Shown: positions 9,956 through 19,972, counted from the first letter of the stretch. The stretch: 64,000 nt of DNA from Gemmatimonadota bacterium (GCA_036679605.1 JAZDCZ010000409.1:32001-96000), one strand, 5' to 3'. The notes: generated from the sequence alone by a model not told the origin. Numbers and translations: made by a program.

Positions 9956-11251
9956 TTAGGGTTTCCTCAAGTCGTACAGCCGAACGTGTTCCAAATCCAT
10001 GTCATCAGTCCACACACCTAGCACGTAGTCCTCTCCTATATCCAGTGCTCGAAAGCGTTCGGGGAACCCAACACTGCCGAGTAGGATTCCATGTCGATCA
10101 AACACCGTCCAACATATCCGGTCATCCCCCGGAAGGCTGTACTCCTGGACCCACAGGTTGCCAATGTTGTCGATCCGTACCGTGGCATAAGCAGGCATGG
10201 CTGGAGAGTGCGGCTGCCCGCGCAACAGACCATCCATGACCTGCAGTGAACGTTCGTCGGACGCTCTCTCCTCGAGAAAACTCTTGCGGAAGAGATCAAG
10301 GTGGGCTTCGGTTACTTCGATCAGGTCACGATCCACACGAATCAACGACCTAAGACCACCGCCCGACCCGTGCATCTGGATCTCGTACGTGTCGTTGGCA
10401 GCCACGTAGAACTGGTCGCCGTGCACCGCAAATGTCGTTGAGCGTCCAAACACGAGCCAGGCGCGCACCCTTTTGCCATCACCGTTGATGCGCAGGAAGC
10501 CCTCATCCGTCCCAGGATACGACCCAACACTGCTGCTCGAGTTTCCGTCGAATGAGTAGCGATAGAGTGAAGCATCTCCACGATAGAATCCTAACGGAGC
10601 TTCGAACACGCTTGCTGACGAACCTTGGATCAAGAAACCCGCGGTTGTGAAAACCCCCAACACAAAAGGGTATGGCACTCCCTCGGTCGCTCTGAGTGCA
10701 ATCGATCGTCCAAACCGCCCCCTCGTATCGAACACGGACAAACGCCGGTGCTTGAGATCGTACGCTATCAACGAATCCGCAGCGAAGCGCTCCACCCAAC
10801 CGACGTTTCGAAACTCACCAGGACCATCACCCGCACCACCCGTGGTGGCATCATACGTTCCGTCACGATCGTAGAACCGTAACTCGTGGGTACCGGCATT
10901 GGCGATCATTATGCGGTCGTCGCCTAGCTGGATGGCGCTCGCCACACGGAATAGCTGATAGTTGGGATCGTCCTGCCGGTCACCGATGTCCACCGTCGGC
11001 TGATCGGCCAGCCGCCATGCCTCGCCCTCACTCCACACGGGGTCGGAATTCTCAACGATCGTCACACCGGAGCTGTCACGGACTGTGGAGGTATGATGCG
11101 CTGCCGCCGCACCCTCGCACCCAGCCAACACGAGCGAGCCAAGAACCAAACCGACTGCCGGCCCGACATTGCAAAACACAAGAGTTGAGACAGTCTGACT
11201 ACGATCGCGCATCGTGTCCGTGGCAGGGAAAGAGAAACAGAGCTTCATCAT
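9956..11251 (-). CDS. 6-bladed beta-propeller-like lipoprotein
   Basis: Lipobox VLAGC, DSSGVTIVEN, GGAGDGPGEF and repeated VFDxxG blades; AAGGAG upstream. Confidence 0.75.
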   Translation of the reverse strand: MMKLCFSFPATDTMRDRSQTVSTLVFCNVGPAVGLVLGSLVLAGCEGAAAAHHTSTVRDSSGVTIVENSDPVWSEGEAWRLADQPTVDIGDRQDDPNYQLFRVASAIQLGDDRIMIANAGTHELRFYDRDGTYDATTGGAGDGPGEFRNVGWVERFAADSLIAYDLKHRRLSVFDTRGRFGRSIALRATEGVPYPFVLGVFTTAGFLIQGSSASVFEAPLGFYRGDASLYRYSFDGNSSSSVGSYPGTDEGFLRINGDGKRVRAWLVFGRSTTFAVHGDQFYVAANDTYEIQMHGSGGGLRSLIRVDRDLIEVTEAHLDLFRKSFLEERASDERSLQVMDGLLRGQPHSPAMPAYATVRIDNIGNLWVQEYSLPGDDRICWTVFDRHGILLGSVGFPERFRALDIGEDYVLGVWTDDMDLEHVRLYDLRKP

Positions 11252-11370
11252 TGCTCCTTCTCGCTAACACCTAGTACCGGACACCGGTTCCGACAAGTAT
11301 TGCTATTGGTCAGAGGAAACCAACGCAGCATTGGGGAACTTATTGGCATTAGTTACCTTACGGCTCTTCG

Positions 11371-11454
11371 GGAGGGCTAGTCCTAACTGGTAAGGCAGCG
11401 GTCTTGAAAACCGCCGCGCGCGAGCGCTTCGGGGTTCGAGTCCCCGGCCCTCCG
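11371..11454 (+). tRNA. tRNA-Ser (anticodon TGA)
   Basis: Acceptor GGAGGGC/GCCCTCC, anticodon arm GCGGT-CT-TGA-AA-ACCGC, long variable arm, GGTTCGAGTCC, discriminator G, no encoded CCA. Confidence 0.93.
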
Positions 11455-11478
11455 CTGGAGTGGCAAAACCTCAGCCAC

Positions 11479-12048
11479 TCACAATCCGGCAGTCGAACGC
11501 TGCAACTCCACGATCCACGCGGGAGTCTCGGCGAGGTACTCCCGTAGCGGCTTGGCGCGGGCGAAATAGTACCTCGCGTTTAGGCCCTGAACTAGAAGGC
11601 TGACTACGGCAACCCCACTGTACATCGCCACTGTGAGTGGTGTGATGAGGTCTGCCACCGACCCAACGATGTCTTCCAATTCGCCGAGTGCGGGCACGGG
11701 ACTAGCCAGGGTTCTGTAGATACTCCACACACAGTAGGCGACGAGCAACGTCATGAAGCCCAGTTGATTCTTTCCCAGGAGTTGGGGACCCTGAGGCTTG
11801 AAGTGACGTAGCAGTCGAGATCCCCTAAACTCATTCCACGCGACCAATCCCATTCCGAGGCTCATCACCAACGCCGTGAGGCTGAACAGGCCGAAAGCCA
11901 ACGTGACTGCGGCGAACGATCCGATGGTCCAGCCGTTGAACGTCGCGACCTTTGCCGCGCCCAGAACTTTCGCGGCTCGTTGGTTCGCCCTGGCCAATTG
12001 ATCACGCTGCTCCGGCGAGAGCGGTCCACCAGCCCTGAGTTCAGTCAA
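11479..12048 (-). CDS. Hypothetical membrane protein (~4 TM)
   Basis: Hydrophobic segments; 189-aa ORF filling the interval. Confidence 0.65.
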   Translation of the reverse strand: MTELRAGGPLSPEQRDQLARANQRAAKVLGAAKVATFNGWTIGSFAAVTLAFGLFSLTALVMSLGMGLVAWNEFRGSRLLRHFKPQGPQLLGKNQLGFMTLLVAYCVWSIYRTLASPVPALGELEDIVGSVADLITPLTVAMYSGVAVVSLLVQGLNARYYFARAKPLREYLAETPAWIVELQRSTAGL

Positions 12049-12063
12049 CGCGTCGCCGGCCCG

Positions 12064-12252
12064 TTAGGCCTCCGGCCGCTCCCTTACCGGCAGCCCCCGC
12101 GCCCGCCGCCGTTCGGCGAAAAACGCCGCCACTTCACCGAGCTGCTCAATCACCTTGAGCTTCTCCCGGAAGGAGAGGGCCAGAAACTCACGATGCTGTT
12201 GGCGCCTATTCCCCTCCCACGTGGCAACGCTCCAGTCCACTGCATCACTCAT
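12064..12252 (-). CDS. Small protein (62 aa), probable partner of the adjacent nucleotidyltransferase
   Basis: MSDAVDWSVATWEGNRRQQHREFLALSFREKLKVIEQLGE; its ATG overlaps the end of the nucleotidyltransferase remnant. Confidence 0.6.
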   Translation of the reverse strand: MSDAVDWSVATWEGNRRQQHREFLALSFREKLKVIEQLGEVAAFFAERRRARGLPVRERPEA

Positions 12253-12455
12253 CTTCCAGATCTCCGTACAGCTGCTCGAGTTCGGCGACATCGGCGAGAT
12301 CCTGCGGCCTCCCGCTTGAACCGCACCACGAGGTCCAGATCTTGAGTGAACCGCCCATAGCCATGCGCGTTGACCGCCAGCCCTCCCACGACGATGAACG
12401 GTACTCCTACTTCGTTCAGAGCGCGTGCAACCGCCTCGACGCTGGACAATCTCAC
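12245..12455 (-). pseudogene. Nucleotidyltransferase-family gene with internal deletion and frameshift
   Basis: N-terminus VVGGLAVNAHGYGRFTQDLDLVV abuts, in a shifted frame, the C-terminus GRPQDLADVAELEQLYGDLEDE*. Confidence 0.8.
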
Positions 12456-12535
12456 TGTGCTACATCCAAGGACATGCTCCAGGCAACTTGTAAGGTCCAG
12501 TACAATCTGGCCACCGTTGCCAGAATAGTGAACCG

Positions 12536-13564
12536 TCAGCCACGCAATCGACCAAACTCCGCTCCAAATTCCGCTTCCATCCTACGCTTCGCGTCTACGT
12601 CCAGGAACGAAGCGCGCACCGCATTCAGCACTAGTCCTTCGATCATCTCGGCGTCGAATCCAAATGCCTGCGACACCTTCAGGTATTCATCAGTTAGCGT
12701 GGTATCAAACATCGGTGGGTCGTCCGAGTTGACCGTCACATAGAGTCCCCGTTCGATCAATTCCGGTAGTGGGTGTTCGGCTATACTCGAGACCACACCA
12801 AGGCACACGTTACTGGTGGGACAAACTTCGAGCGGGATCTTGCGCGTGCGCAGCACCTCGACCAATTCCGTGTCCTCGAGGCAGCGCACGCCGTGACCGA
12901 TCCGGGCGGCGTGCAAGATTTCTACTGCCCCCCAAATACTCTCCGCACCCATCGTTTCACCTGCATGTGGCACGGACGATAGTCCAGCGGAGTGAATTCG
13001 CTCGAATGCACGGACGAATTTCTCCGGAGGGTTGCCTTCTTCCGGTCCTCCCAGACCGAAGGCCACAATACCGTCATTCATTCCCCCAATCGCCCAGTCG
13101 GCGATCATGGTCCCGTGTTTAGCGTCGACGTTGCGCGGAATGTCCAATACGATCCCCATCCCGACACCGAGTTCGGACTCCGCCCAGGCGCGTGCGCGGT
13201 TCAGCGCAGCCAATTGAACGTCGAACTCGAGCCCTTTCTGCAAATAATGTGTGAAAGCAGTGTAGGTGACTTCGCTGTACAATATGTTCTGCCGAGCTTG
13301 CTCGGTTAGGAATTCACGAGCAATGAGTTCGATGTCGTCCGGCGTCCGGACACAGTTTGAAATCGCTATGTAGACGTCGATGAAATGTGGAAAGTCTACG
13401 AACTCATACCACTTGCGGATGCCTTCGACGGTATCCGCAGGGAGCGCCACCTTGTGCCGTTGCGCTAACTCCAGGAGCGTGGCCGGCCTGATCGACCCCT
13501 CCAAGTGCACGTGGAGTTCGACCTTGGGCATCGCCTTGATGAAACGGGCAAGACTATCTTGCAA
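12536..13564 (-). CDS. add: Adenosine deaminase
   Basis: PKVELHVHLEGS, PHAGE, RIGHG, EVCPTSN, NSDDP. Confidence 0.92.
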   Translation of the reverse strand: MQDSLARFIKAMPKVELHVHLEGSIRPATLLELAQRHKVALPADTVEGIRKWYEFVDFPHFIDVYIAISNCVRTPDDIELIAREFLTEQARQNILYSEVTYTAFTHYLQKGLEFDVQLAALNRARAWAESELGVGMGIVLDIPRNVDAKHGTMIADWAIGGMNDGIVAFGLGGPEEGNPPEKFVRAFERIHSAGLSSVPHAGETMGAESIWGAVEILHAARIGHGVRCLEDTELVEVLRTRKIPLEVCPTSNVCLGVVSSIAEHPLPELIERGLYVTVNSDDPPMFDTTLTDEYLKVSQAFGFDAEMIEGLVLNAVRASFLDVDAKRRMEAEFGAEFGRLRG

Positions 13565-13661
13565 TTGTCGTTGTACCCTTGCGGAAGTCGGCTTGTGAAG
13601 CTATCGAAGGTGAACCTAGCTGAACTCAGTCCAACCTGTCAAAAGACACCGAGGCAGCCGA

Positions 13662-13820
13662 ATGAAAGTTCCAGCAGAAATCTACCAGCAGATCGTCACC
13701 GAGATCTCGAGTGACTCGAGTCCGGTAGGAATCGACGCAAAGAAAACACACGTGATCATCCTACACAAGCTGATGGAAATCGAGAAGCGACTGACGGAAC
13801 TCGAGAAAAGAATCAACTGA
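13662..13820 (+). CDS. Small hypothetical protein (52 aa) with C-terminal coiled coil
   Basis: MKVPAEIYQQIVTEISSDSSPVGIDAKKTHVIILHKLMEIEKRLTELEKRIN; GAGG at 13651-13654; ends 15 bp before the antiporter. Confidence 0.7.
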   Translation: MKVPAEIYQQIVTEISSDSSPVGIDAKKTHVIILHKLMEIEKRLTELEKRIN

Positions 13821-13835
13821 CGCGGGTTCGAAAAC

Positions 13836-15224
13836 ATGGCCGTCACTATCCTGAGCATTGGGCTCCTCGTTTTCTTCGGTCACTTTCTGGCCGGGTTCTT
13901 CGAGCGCACAAAAATTCCGGACGTCTTGATCCTCATGCTGGCAGGGATGGTACTGGGGCCCGTTCTGCACCTGGTCCAACCGCAGGACTTCGGTAAAGTC
14001 GGGTCGGTGTTCTCCAACCTCGCCCTCATAATCATTCTCTTTGAGGGCGGCATTCACCTGAATGTCAAACACTTGAGTTCGGCTGCGCGAGATACTTTGG
14101 CGATCTCTCTATCTACGTTCGCAGTCACCGTACTTTTGCTCGCCCTCATAGCGAACCTGCTTCTTCCTGTCGATTTCCCAACGGCTTTGCTCATTGGGAC
14201 AATCTTGGGAGGAACATCCTCGGCGGTAGTCGTTCCATTGATACGTGCTCTTCGGATCGAGACTACGCCCAGCACGGTGCTGTTTCTCGAGTCCGCCTTG
14301 ACCGACGTGCTAGTCATAGTCCTGTCGCTGGCATTATTCCAAGGAATGGTTGCAAGCGGTGGAGCCGCCGAGCCGACTACGGGCGGGAGTTCTCTCACAT
14401 TCGAAATAGTGAGGTCCTTCGTCATTGCGGGAATGATTGGCGGTGCCGGCGCTTTCGTGTGGTCCGCCCTGCTGGACAGGATTAGGCAGCTCCCGAACAC
14501 GGTTTTTACCACGATCGCCTACGTCTTCATTTTGTTTGGCATCTCTGAGCTGGCCGGCTACAGTGGCGCGATTGCTGCCCTCACCTTCGGCGTTGCTGTC
14601 GCAAACTTCCCCAACATTCCTGACAGGCTGTTCGGGAAAGTATTCAGCTTCCGGCTTGCGGCCTTTGCCGAACACGAGCGCGCGCTATTCGCCGAGGCGG
14701 TCTTTCTGGTCAAGACATTCTTCTTCGTGTTCCTCGGTGTGTCGATGACCTTCGGCGACGGTCGCGCCGTAACGGCCGGCGCGGTACTCGCGGCGCTAGC
14801 TTTCCTGGCGCGTGTCCCGATAGTTAGGCTGCTGGCTCCGCCATCCGTAACTCGTCGTGACGCTGCTCTCATGACGGCGATGGTACCGAAAGGTCTGGCA
14901 TCGGCGGTTCTCGCCGCACTTGCGGTCGAGGCGGCCCTGCCCGACAGTGACGTAATCCAGGGAACCGTTTACGCGGCGATCTTCTTCAGCATATCGTTTT
15001 GCGCTGCGCTCGTGTTCTCGATAGAGCGAGGATTGCTCGATAGCGCCGCATCCAAATCATGGTTGCGGAAGTTTGCCCATCATGCGGAAATCGGCTCAGC
15101 CCCGTCGGAGGCGCTTGATCTCACTGCTCCGGTTCTGGAGCTGCCGGAAATGCTGATGGGACTCCAAGAACCAAACCTGATCACCGATCTTGCGGATGAT
15201 TTCGGAGACGAGGACCAAGACTGA
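13836..15224 (+). CDS. Cation:proton antiporter (CPA1/NhaP-like)
   Basis: IILFEGG, GTSSAVVVP, FLESALTDV, PKGLASAVLA; about 12-13 TM. Confidence 0.88.
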   Translation: MAVTILSIGLLVFFGHFLAGFFERTKIPDVLILMLAGMVLGPVLHLVQPQDFGKVGSVFSNLALIIILFEGGIHLNVKHLSSAARDTLAISLSTFAVTVLLLALIANLLLPVDFPTALLIGTILGGTSSAVVVPLIRALRIETTPSTVLFLESALTDVLVIVLSLALFQGMVASGGAAEPTTGGSSLTFEIVRSFVIAGMIGGAGAFVWSALLDRIRQLPNTVFTTIAYVFILFGISELAGYSGAIAALTFGVAVANFPNIPDRLFGKVFSFRLAAFAEHERALFAEAVFLVKTFFFVFLGVSMTFGDGRAVTAGAVLAALAFLARVPIVRLLAPPSVTRRDAALMTAMVPKGLASAVLAALAVEAALPDSDVIQGTVYAAIFFSISFCAALVFSIERGLLDSAASKSWLRKFAHHAEIGSAPSEALDLTAPVLELPEMLMGLQEPNLITDLADDFGDEDQD

Positions 15225-15313
15225 GACAGCTCTGCCGGTCGCGCTTGTCTTAGGCGACGATCCCTGTCACATTTCGTGCGGCGTGGCCAGATCCAGCGGC
15301 TCAGGTCCTGCCG

Positions 15314-15403
15314 GGAGAGGTGGCTGAGTGGCTTAAAGCGACGGTTTGCTAAACCGTTGTAGGGTTTATAGCCCTACCGAGGGTTCGAATCCCTCCCTCT
15401 CCG
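15314..15403 (+). tRNA. tRNA-Ser (anticodon GCT)
   Basis: GGAGAGG/CCTCTCC, ACGGT-TT-GCT-AA-ACCGT, long variable arm GTAGGG..CCCTAC, GGTTCGAATCC. Confidence 0.95.
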
Positions 15404-15409
15404 TCCCAT

Positions 15410-16285
15410 CTACGGTATGATCGTGTCGCGCTTGGCCGGCTTCTTGGCGATCTCTTCCACGATCAGCTTGGCGCGCTTCCGCGCCTCGCGCTCCGCATCC
15501 TTTCGCTTACGAATTTCCTTCACGTACCTGTTGAAATCAGCTCTGTTATCGGCCACGCGCGCAGAATAAATGATCTGCTCTCGCACGGCCGCCAACGCCT
15601 GAGCGTCCTTGGCCTGGTAGTAGTTGCCCTGCGGTGCCGGAATCAACGCCAAGATAGCAGACGGTATCTTGAGATCGCCCAGATAGACCCATTTCTCGTC
15701 CACGCCCCACGTCTTTCCATCTATGTCTCTCGTCCACTTCGGGATATCGGCAGTCCTAAAACCATCCGGCGGCAATGTGTCGATGAACGCGAGGATCCGT
15801 GCCTTGAGCGCCGAGTCGACCTTCTCCGCATGAGTGAGAGGATCGGACGAGCCGCTTAGTCCCAATCGGGCGTCCAGCGGGCCTACCCAGAAACGGCCAT
15901 CGCCATATTCGAGCCCTACCAGCGGTGTCCTACCGAGTATTGGATCGTAGTCCGAGAACCTACGGTCGGGCACGCCGATGGGCGCCACTTCAGGAACGAT
16001 ATCGACTCTGGGAACGACGCGTACGGCGCCGGACGGCGAGGGTTCTCGAGCAGGCGCAACTGCCGGAGCAGACGGTGGTCCGTCCGCAAACACCGGCACC
16101 GCAGATTGCCGTGTCCCGGTAGGGGCCCCCAGATCAATGAAACGGATCGTGGTGCGCGTTACGACCGAGTGCCCCACCCATGAAACAAGTATGGCGGCCA
16201 CGACCGCGTGTATGAGAGTACTCGCCACTCCCCAACGAGCTTGCGACTTGTCCGGGTCAGGCAGCCGAAAACTACGCCGTGGCAT
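15410..16285 (-). CDS. Hypothetical protein with N-terminal TM anchor and Pro-rich linker
   Basis: TM segment containing STLIH, Pro/Ala-rich linker; overlaps the end of the upstream gene. Confidence 0.7.
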   Translation of the reverse strand: MPRRSFRLPDPDKSQARWGVASTLIHAVVAAILVSWVGHSVVTRTTIRFIDLGAPTGTRQSAVPVFADGPPSAPAVAPAREPSPSGAVRVVPRVDIVPEVAPIGVPDRRFSDYDPILGRTPLVGLEYGDGRFWVGPLDARLGLSGSSDPLTHAEKVDSALKARILAFIDTLPPDGFRTADIPKWTRDIDGKTWGVDEKWVYLGDLKIPSAILALIPAPQGNYYQAKDAQALAAVREQIIYSARVADNRADFNRYVKEIRKRKDAEREARKRAKLIVEEIAKKPAKRDTIIP

Positions 16286-17459
16286 TCACCGCCCCCAAAC
16301 GAGTTAACGTCCGTCCGATTCGGCACGCCACTTCATCCCACCGGTCCTCCCCAATCGTGAACGCAACCCTGACATAGCCCTCGCCATTTTCGCCCAAAGC
16401 GGAGCCCGGCATGACCATCAATGCCTCTTGGTGCAATACATCATGTGCGAGCGAAGACGACGAGATTGCTCCCGGAAGCTCTAGCCACAGATACATTGCG
16501 GCCTGGGGCGGCTCCACTTGGAAACCCGCTTGCCCGAACGCAGCCACAGCAGCATCGCGACGCTTTCTCAGACAAGCACGCACCGGCTCGACTACCGACT
16601 CCAAGTTGCGCAGTACGGCGGCCCCCGCGTGCTGAACGGCAAGGAACGGCCCTGCGTCAACGTAACTCTTGATCTTGCTGAGTGCGGCAATCAACTTCGC
16701 CGACCCAACGGCCCAACCAATTCGCCAGCCCGTCATGCACGCGGACTTCGACAACGAGTGAAACTCCAGCGTGACATCCCGCGCTCCGGGAATCTCAAGC
16801 ACACTGGGCGCTACGTAGCCGTCGTAGGTGAGTTCACAGTAGGGATTATCGTAAGCCAACGCGATGCCGTTCACATTACATGTTTCGACCGTACGTTCGA
16901 GATAATCGCGCGGCGCAATAGCCGCGGTAGGATTGTTGGGATAGTTGAGAAACACCAGACGCGCCTTAGCCAAACGATCGCGCGGTAACTCCGACAGTTC
17001 CAGCAAGAACCTGTTGTCGCTAGTCAACGAAACAGTCTCTACCTGAGCGTTGGCCAGGATCGCACCTCCGGCGTACGCCGGGTACCCCGGATCCGGTACG
17101 ATACACACGTCCCCCGGATCGGCCAACGCAAGCGGAAGATGGGATAGGCCGTCCTTAGAACCAATAAGCGGCAGAACCTCTGCGATAGGATCAACCGAGA
17201 CGCCAAAGCGACGCTCCATGTAGTTGGCAACGGCCTCACGGAATTCCGTGAGCCCGGTTTGAAAGGAGTAGCGGCTCATTCGCGAGTCGGCTAAAGCCTC
17301 GTTCAGCGCTTGAACCGCCAGTTCGGGCGGTTGTAGATCTATGTCGCCGGCGCCGACGTCGATCACGTCGGCACCGTCGGCGACCAGTTTCTTCTTGGCC
17401 GCAGCAAGCTCGCTCACTACGTAGCCTGGAAGGCGACGCTCGCGGTCGCTAGTGTGCAT
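16272..17459 (-). CDS. Class I/II PLP aminotransferase (LL-diaminopimelate aminotransferase-like)
   Basis: LIGSKDG, PDPGYP, LNYPNNPT, EFHSLSK, MTGWRIG. Confidence 0.88.
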   Translation of the reverse strand: MHTSDRERRLPGYVVSELAAAKKKLVADGADVIDVGAGDIDLQPPELAVQALNEALADSRMSRYSFQTGLTEFREAVANYMERRFGVSVDPIAEVLPLIGSKDGLSHLPLALADPGDVCIVPDPGYPAYAGGAILANAQVETVSLTSDNRFLLELSELPRDRLAKARLVFLNYPNNPTAAIAPRDYLERTVETCNVNGIALAYDNPYCELTYDGYVAPSVLEIPGARDVTLEFHSLSKSACMTGWRIGWAVGSAKLIAALSKIKSYVDAGPFLAVQHAGAAVLRNLESVVEPVRACLRKRRDAAVAAFGQAGFQVEPPQAAMYLWLELPGAISSSSLAHDVLHQEALMVMPGSALGENGEGYVRVAFTIGEDRWDEVACRIGRTLTRLGAVNATA

Positions 17460-19972
17460 CAGATTGCTGCTCCCACACCGTGGCGCTCAAAAAATTCCTC
17501 CACGGAGGCGAGCACGGTATTCCAGCTGCCGCTCGAGCGAGCAGCAGGCGGTAGCGATTCCATTAGCACTCTGCCGTAGTTGCGCGTCATAACCCTCGAG
17601 TCCATAAGAACGACAACGCCGATGTCCGATTTCGAGCGGATCAAGCGGCCGAACCCCTGCTTTAATCTCAGAGCCGCATGGGGCAGCAGATAATGCTTGA
17701 ACCCGTCCAGCCCTTGTTCTGATAGTGCCTCGAGGCGCGCCTGTGTCAGCGGCTCGCTGGGCACCTTGAAGGGCACCTTCGCCAGCACGAGTGCCCGAAG
17801 CGCCCTACCAGGTACATCTACACCTTCCCAGAAGCTATCGGTCCCTAGGAGAATCGCCGAACCCACGTCGCGGAAGCGGTGCAGCAGATGGTCCCGCTGC
17901 CCCTCTCCCTGCACAAGGAGCACACGACGGCCCCCAATTGTTCGCTTGAGCGTAGCAGCCGCCCGCCTGAGAGCGGCGTAGCTGGTGAACAGCACAAACA
18001 TACCCCCGTCCACGACTCGTGCGAGTTCGGCTACGGCACTCGCTATGGCGTGGTCGTGTCCACTCTGATCCTTCCGCGGGTCGGGAACGTCGGACGGGAT
18101 GCCCAGCAGGCACTGTTCCGCAAAATCGAACGGCGACGCCAGCGACTCTTCGTCCCGCAAAATGGCAGGCGGAAGGTCCAACCCGAGGCGGTCACGCAAG
18201 AACGAAAAATCACCGCCCGTTGCCAGAGTCGCACTGGTAAGTACCACGCTGTCCACCCTATCGAACAGAGATTCCTTTAATATGGGCGCCAAGTCCAGCG
18301 GGACCGCCGAAAGTCCGATTGGAAACGGCAGCGCGCCAACCGGCTTTTTTCCGCGCCGCTCGATCCAGCGCACCATCCTAGCTGTCTGTTGCGGTCGCAG
18401 TGTCAGGAGCAACCCGTCGGATGCAGACTGTAGACGCCGCACGACTCCGCGAAGCTCCTGCAACAGTTGCGACCGACTGTCCGGCTCCTCGTCCAGTTCC
18501 ATCCGATCGGCTACGGTATCCACTCCGTCGCGCAACTTCCCAAACACATTGACAAGGTTGTCCAGCGCAACGGTGAGACCGCGCCCCCAAATTTCATCTG
18601 AATCGAATGTGGCATCGAGCCTGATCGTGTCGCCCCGATCGTTCGACAGCCGGTCCGCCAACAGGACAAACACTCTGTCCGCGTGAGCACGTGCTGCCTC
18701 CACATCGGACAGCAGTGCATCCCGCACGAGTTCCGCAGAAGCCCTGCTAGCAGGGTCGTCCTTTTGCACGAGTTCCCTGAGCAGTGTGGGGATCAACCCC
18801 TTACCGTTCCGCTCCATCCTACCCAACAGCCGAGTTACACCACGCGATGTGACCTGAGCACCGAGATGCTGCGCGGCAGTATCCTCCAAGTGCTGTGCTT
18901 CGTCGATTATCAGCCTCCGGTACGGCGGCAAGACCGCTGCATCCGTCCAATTCTCCTGAACCCGCCGCACGGCAATATCTGCGGTCAAGAGATGATGATT
19001 CACCACCACTACGTCGGCCTCGGCGGCCCGGCGTCTAGCTCCGAAGACGAAGCAGCTGTCGAAATACGGACATTCGAGTCGAGTGCACAGATCGGCCTCT
19101 GCATCCACTTCATCCCACACATCGTAGGAGGGCGTGTCGGTCAAGTCAGCCAACGATCCGTCGGTCGTGGTTGCCGCCCACTCTGCGAGACCCTCCAACT
19201 CGCGATGCCGTTCCGGCCCCAGCAGCAATCCTTGCGCGTCCATCGCAACATTGAGCCTTGCCAGGCAGAGGTAGTTCGTCCACCCTTTGAGAAGAGCGAA
19301 TGTTGGCCGGTACTGCTCGTCGGCCAGCGCCTTTGCGAGCTGCGGCAGATCCTTGCCGATCAGTTGTTCCTGCAGGTTGATCGTGTTGGTCGATACGACG
19401 GTGCGCTCACCGTTAGCACGTGCCCACTGCAACGCCGGTACCAGATAGGCAAACGATTTTCCTACGCCCGTTCCAGCTTCGAGCAACGACACTCCGCCGT
19501 CGTTGTAGACATCGGTCACGTACGCAGCCATGTCGCGCTGGCTTGGACGATCTTCAAATTTGCCGAGCACCTCGGAGATCGGTCCGCTCTCGCCCAGCAT
19601 ATCGGCGACTGTCACTGCGTCGAGTCGCTCATATTCGGTTGCCTGCGGGATCTCTGTTACAACGTAGAGCGACGAAGCGTCGTTGTTGACGATACCGAAC
19701 CCGATACCGCTCTCGTAGCACTTTGCGGCAACGGCTAGATCGGCCTGGGAGGGTTCCAACACTCCGCCGGGGTGATTGTGCAGCACCATCTCACCTCGGC
19801 TGGCTACACCGGGCAACGCAAGCACCGCATCGGCGGTACCTCGCGCAACGGGACGCACAGCGGCAACGGTTCCCTCCGCATCGACTTCTGCAACAAACGA
19901 CACCTCGCGTCCGCCGGCAGCAGCAATCTCGGCAGCCAGCCGACGCCGGACTTCGTCTGACAGCGTCGTCAC
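17459..19972 (-). CDS. DinG-family FeS helicase with N-terminal RadC-like JAB domain
   Basis: HNHPGGVLEPSQAD; EAGTGVGKS; NYLC..CTRLECPYFDSC; IIDEAQ; TSAT; FWEGVD; QGFGRLIRS; GTG start overlaps the previous stop codon. Confidence 0.9.
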   Translation of the reverse strand: MTTLSDEVRRRLAAEIAAAGGREVSFVAEVDAEGTVAAVRPVARGTADAVLALPGVASRGEMVLHNHPGGVLEPSQADLAVAAKCYESGIGFGIVNNDASSLYVVTEIPQATEYERLDAVTVADMLGESGPISEVLGKFEDRPSQRDMAAYVTDVYNDGGVSLLEAGTGVGKSFAYLVPALQWARANGERTVVSTNTINLQEQLIGKDLPQLAKALADEQYRPTFALLKGWTNYLCLARLNVAMDAQGLLLGPERHRELEGLAEWAATTTDGSLADLTDTPSYDVWDEVDAEADLCTRLECPYFDSCFVFGARRRAAEADVVVVNHHLLTADIAVRRVQENWTDAAVLPPYRRLIIDEAQHLEDTAAQHLGAQVTSRGVTRLLGRMERNGKGLIPTLLRELVQKDDPASRASAELVRDALLSDVEAARAHADRVFVLLADRLSNDRGDTIRLDATFDSDEIWGRGLTVALDNLVNVFGKLRDGVDTVADRMELDEEPDSRSQLLQELRGVVRRLQSASDGLLLTLRPQQTARMVRWIERRGKKPVGALPFPIGLSAVPLDLAPILKESLFDRVDSVVLTSATLATGGDFSFLRDRLGLDLPPAILRDEESLASPFDFAEQCLLGIPSDVPDPRKDQSGHDHAIASAVAELARVVDGGMFVLFTSYAALRRAAATLKRTIGGRRVLLVQGEGQRDHLLHRFRDVGSAILLGTDSFWEGVDVPGRALRALVLAKVPFKVPSEPLTQARLEALSEQGLDGFKHYLLPHAALRLKQGFGRLIRSKSDIGVVVLMDSRVMTRNYGRVLMESLPPAARSSGSWNTVLASVEEFFERHGVGAAI

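Noticed and set aside
11371..11454. tRNA-Sec or opal suppressor
   Set aside because: The anticodon is TGA (reads UCA, Ser), not TCA, and the acceptor stem is a normal 7 bp.
11371..15403. Integrative element bounded by the two tRNA-Ser genes
   Set aside because: Both are complete, different tRNAs; no integrase or att duplication was seen.
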